From the NCBI GenBank assembly GCA_002633005.1, contig NMRA01000036.1, forward strand, positions 496,001-560,000: a DNA stretch of 64,000 nt, in the 5' to 3' direction. Under the pieces are notes generated by a model, which was given only the letters and a program-made list of their open reading frames with translations, was not told where the DNA came from and did not search any database. Each line of letters begins with the position of its first letter. The first letter of the stretch is position 1. A program made the translations under genes and the position numbers. Source of the stretch: Phoronis australis. Its lineage: Eukaryota > Animalia > Phoronida. This document shows positions 63,450 to 64,000 of the stretch, piece after piece.

Positions 63450-64000
63450 CTGCAAAAATACAAACAAACTAGTTCAGGAAAAAGGCCACGAAATGAGCAC
63501 GAACAAGCGAGTATGCATAAACTAACAATTTTGTGTAGCCAATTCCGCATCGGCAGGTGTGGACGGATATATTTGCCACCTATCCCTTGAGCCCCCCCCC
63601 CCTCCAAGTGCCCATACGGTCACCATGCGCCACTCGTGACGAGCCCGTTTTCAGAAAACCCGTCTTGGCAAATGATGTACACAGGTTACGAACAATAGAG
63701 TCGCTTCTAATAATGTTTGAAAAACCCAGTTTGTATTAGCAGTTAACTGGAACTAAAAGGACGCTATCATTATTTAGGTGATCTGTAGATTATGATGCAC
63801 ATCAACGTACGTACAAATATATTTGTACATGTGTGTTTTTATCGTCATAGTTGCGCATGCCAACTTCACGTGTTATATTGCATTTGCCATTTCTGATGTG
63901 CGTTTACTAACTGTAAATAGTAGCCTGAAGATGGGATATGTGTCTCGATATATCGCTTTTTAAATTATGTTACCTACAGATGTCGTTTGGATTTTTATTG

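Overview
Eukaryotic (animal, probably lophotrochozoan/molluscan; taxon is inference) genomic DNA with GT-AG introns, many transposon remnants and one assembly gap (N, 40549-41140). From left to right: (1) the last nine coding exons and 3'UTR of GBF1 (+, 306-~11900); (2) a gag-only Ty3/gypsy-type LTR element (+, ~13519-16870) with a tRNA-Ser primer-binding site, a tRNA-like Pol III A/B-box sequence inside its LTR, and a Gag that starts with a ComEA-like helix-hairpin-helix motif; (3) ELP6 (+, two coding exons, 17246-19983); (4) Helentron-type (HINE) elements, a decayed Gmr1-type gypsy element and several MITEs; (5) a large minus-strand mosaic gene (48230 to at least 28472): signal peptide, C-type lectin, WSC, fibrinogen-like N-terminal motif, F5/8C, WSC, three sushi domains, half-WSC; (6) a Sola3-like transposon abutting a probable Kolobok at one TTAA, LINE remnants and a 41-bp minisatellite; (7) the last exon of an opsin, probably retinochrome/RGR-like (-, 63189-63449). 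The most unusual object is the HhH-Gag element with a tRNA-derived LTR. All calls were made by eye from motifs and splice phases; no database searches were run.
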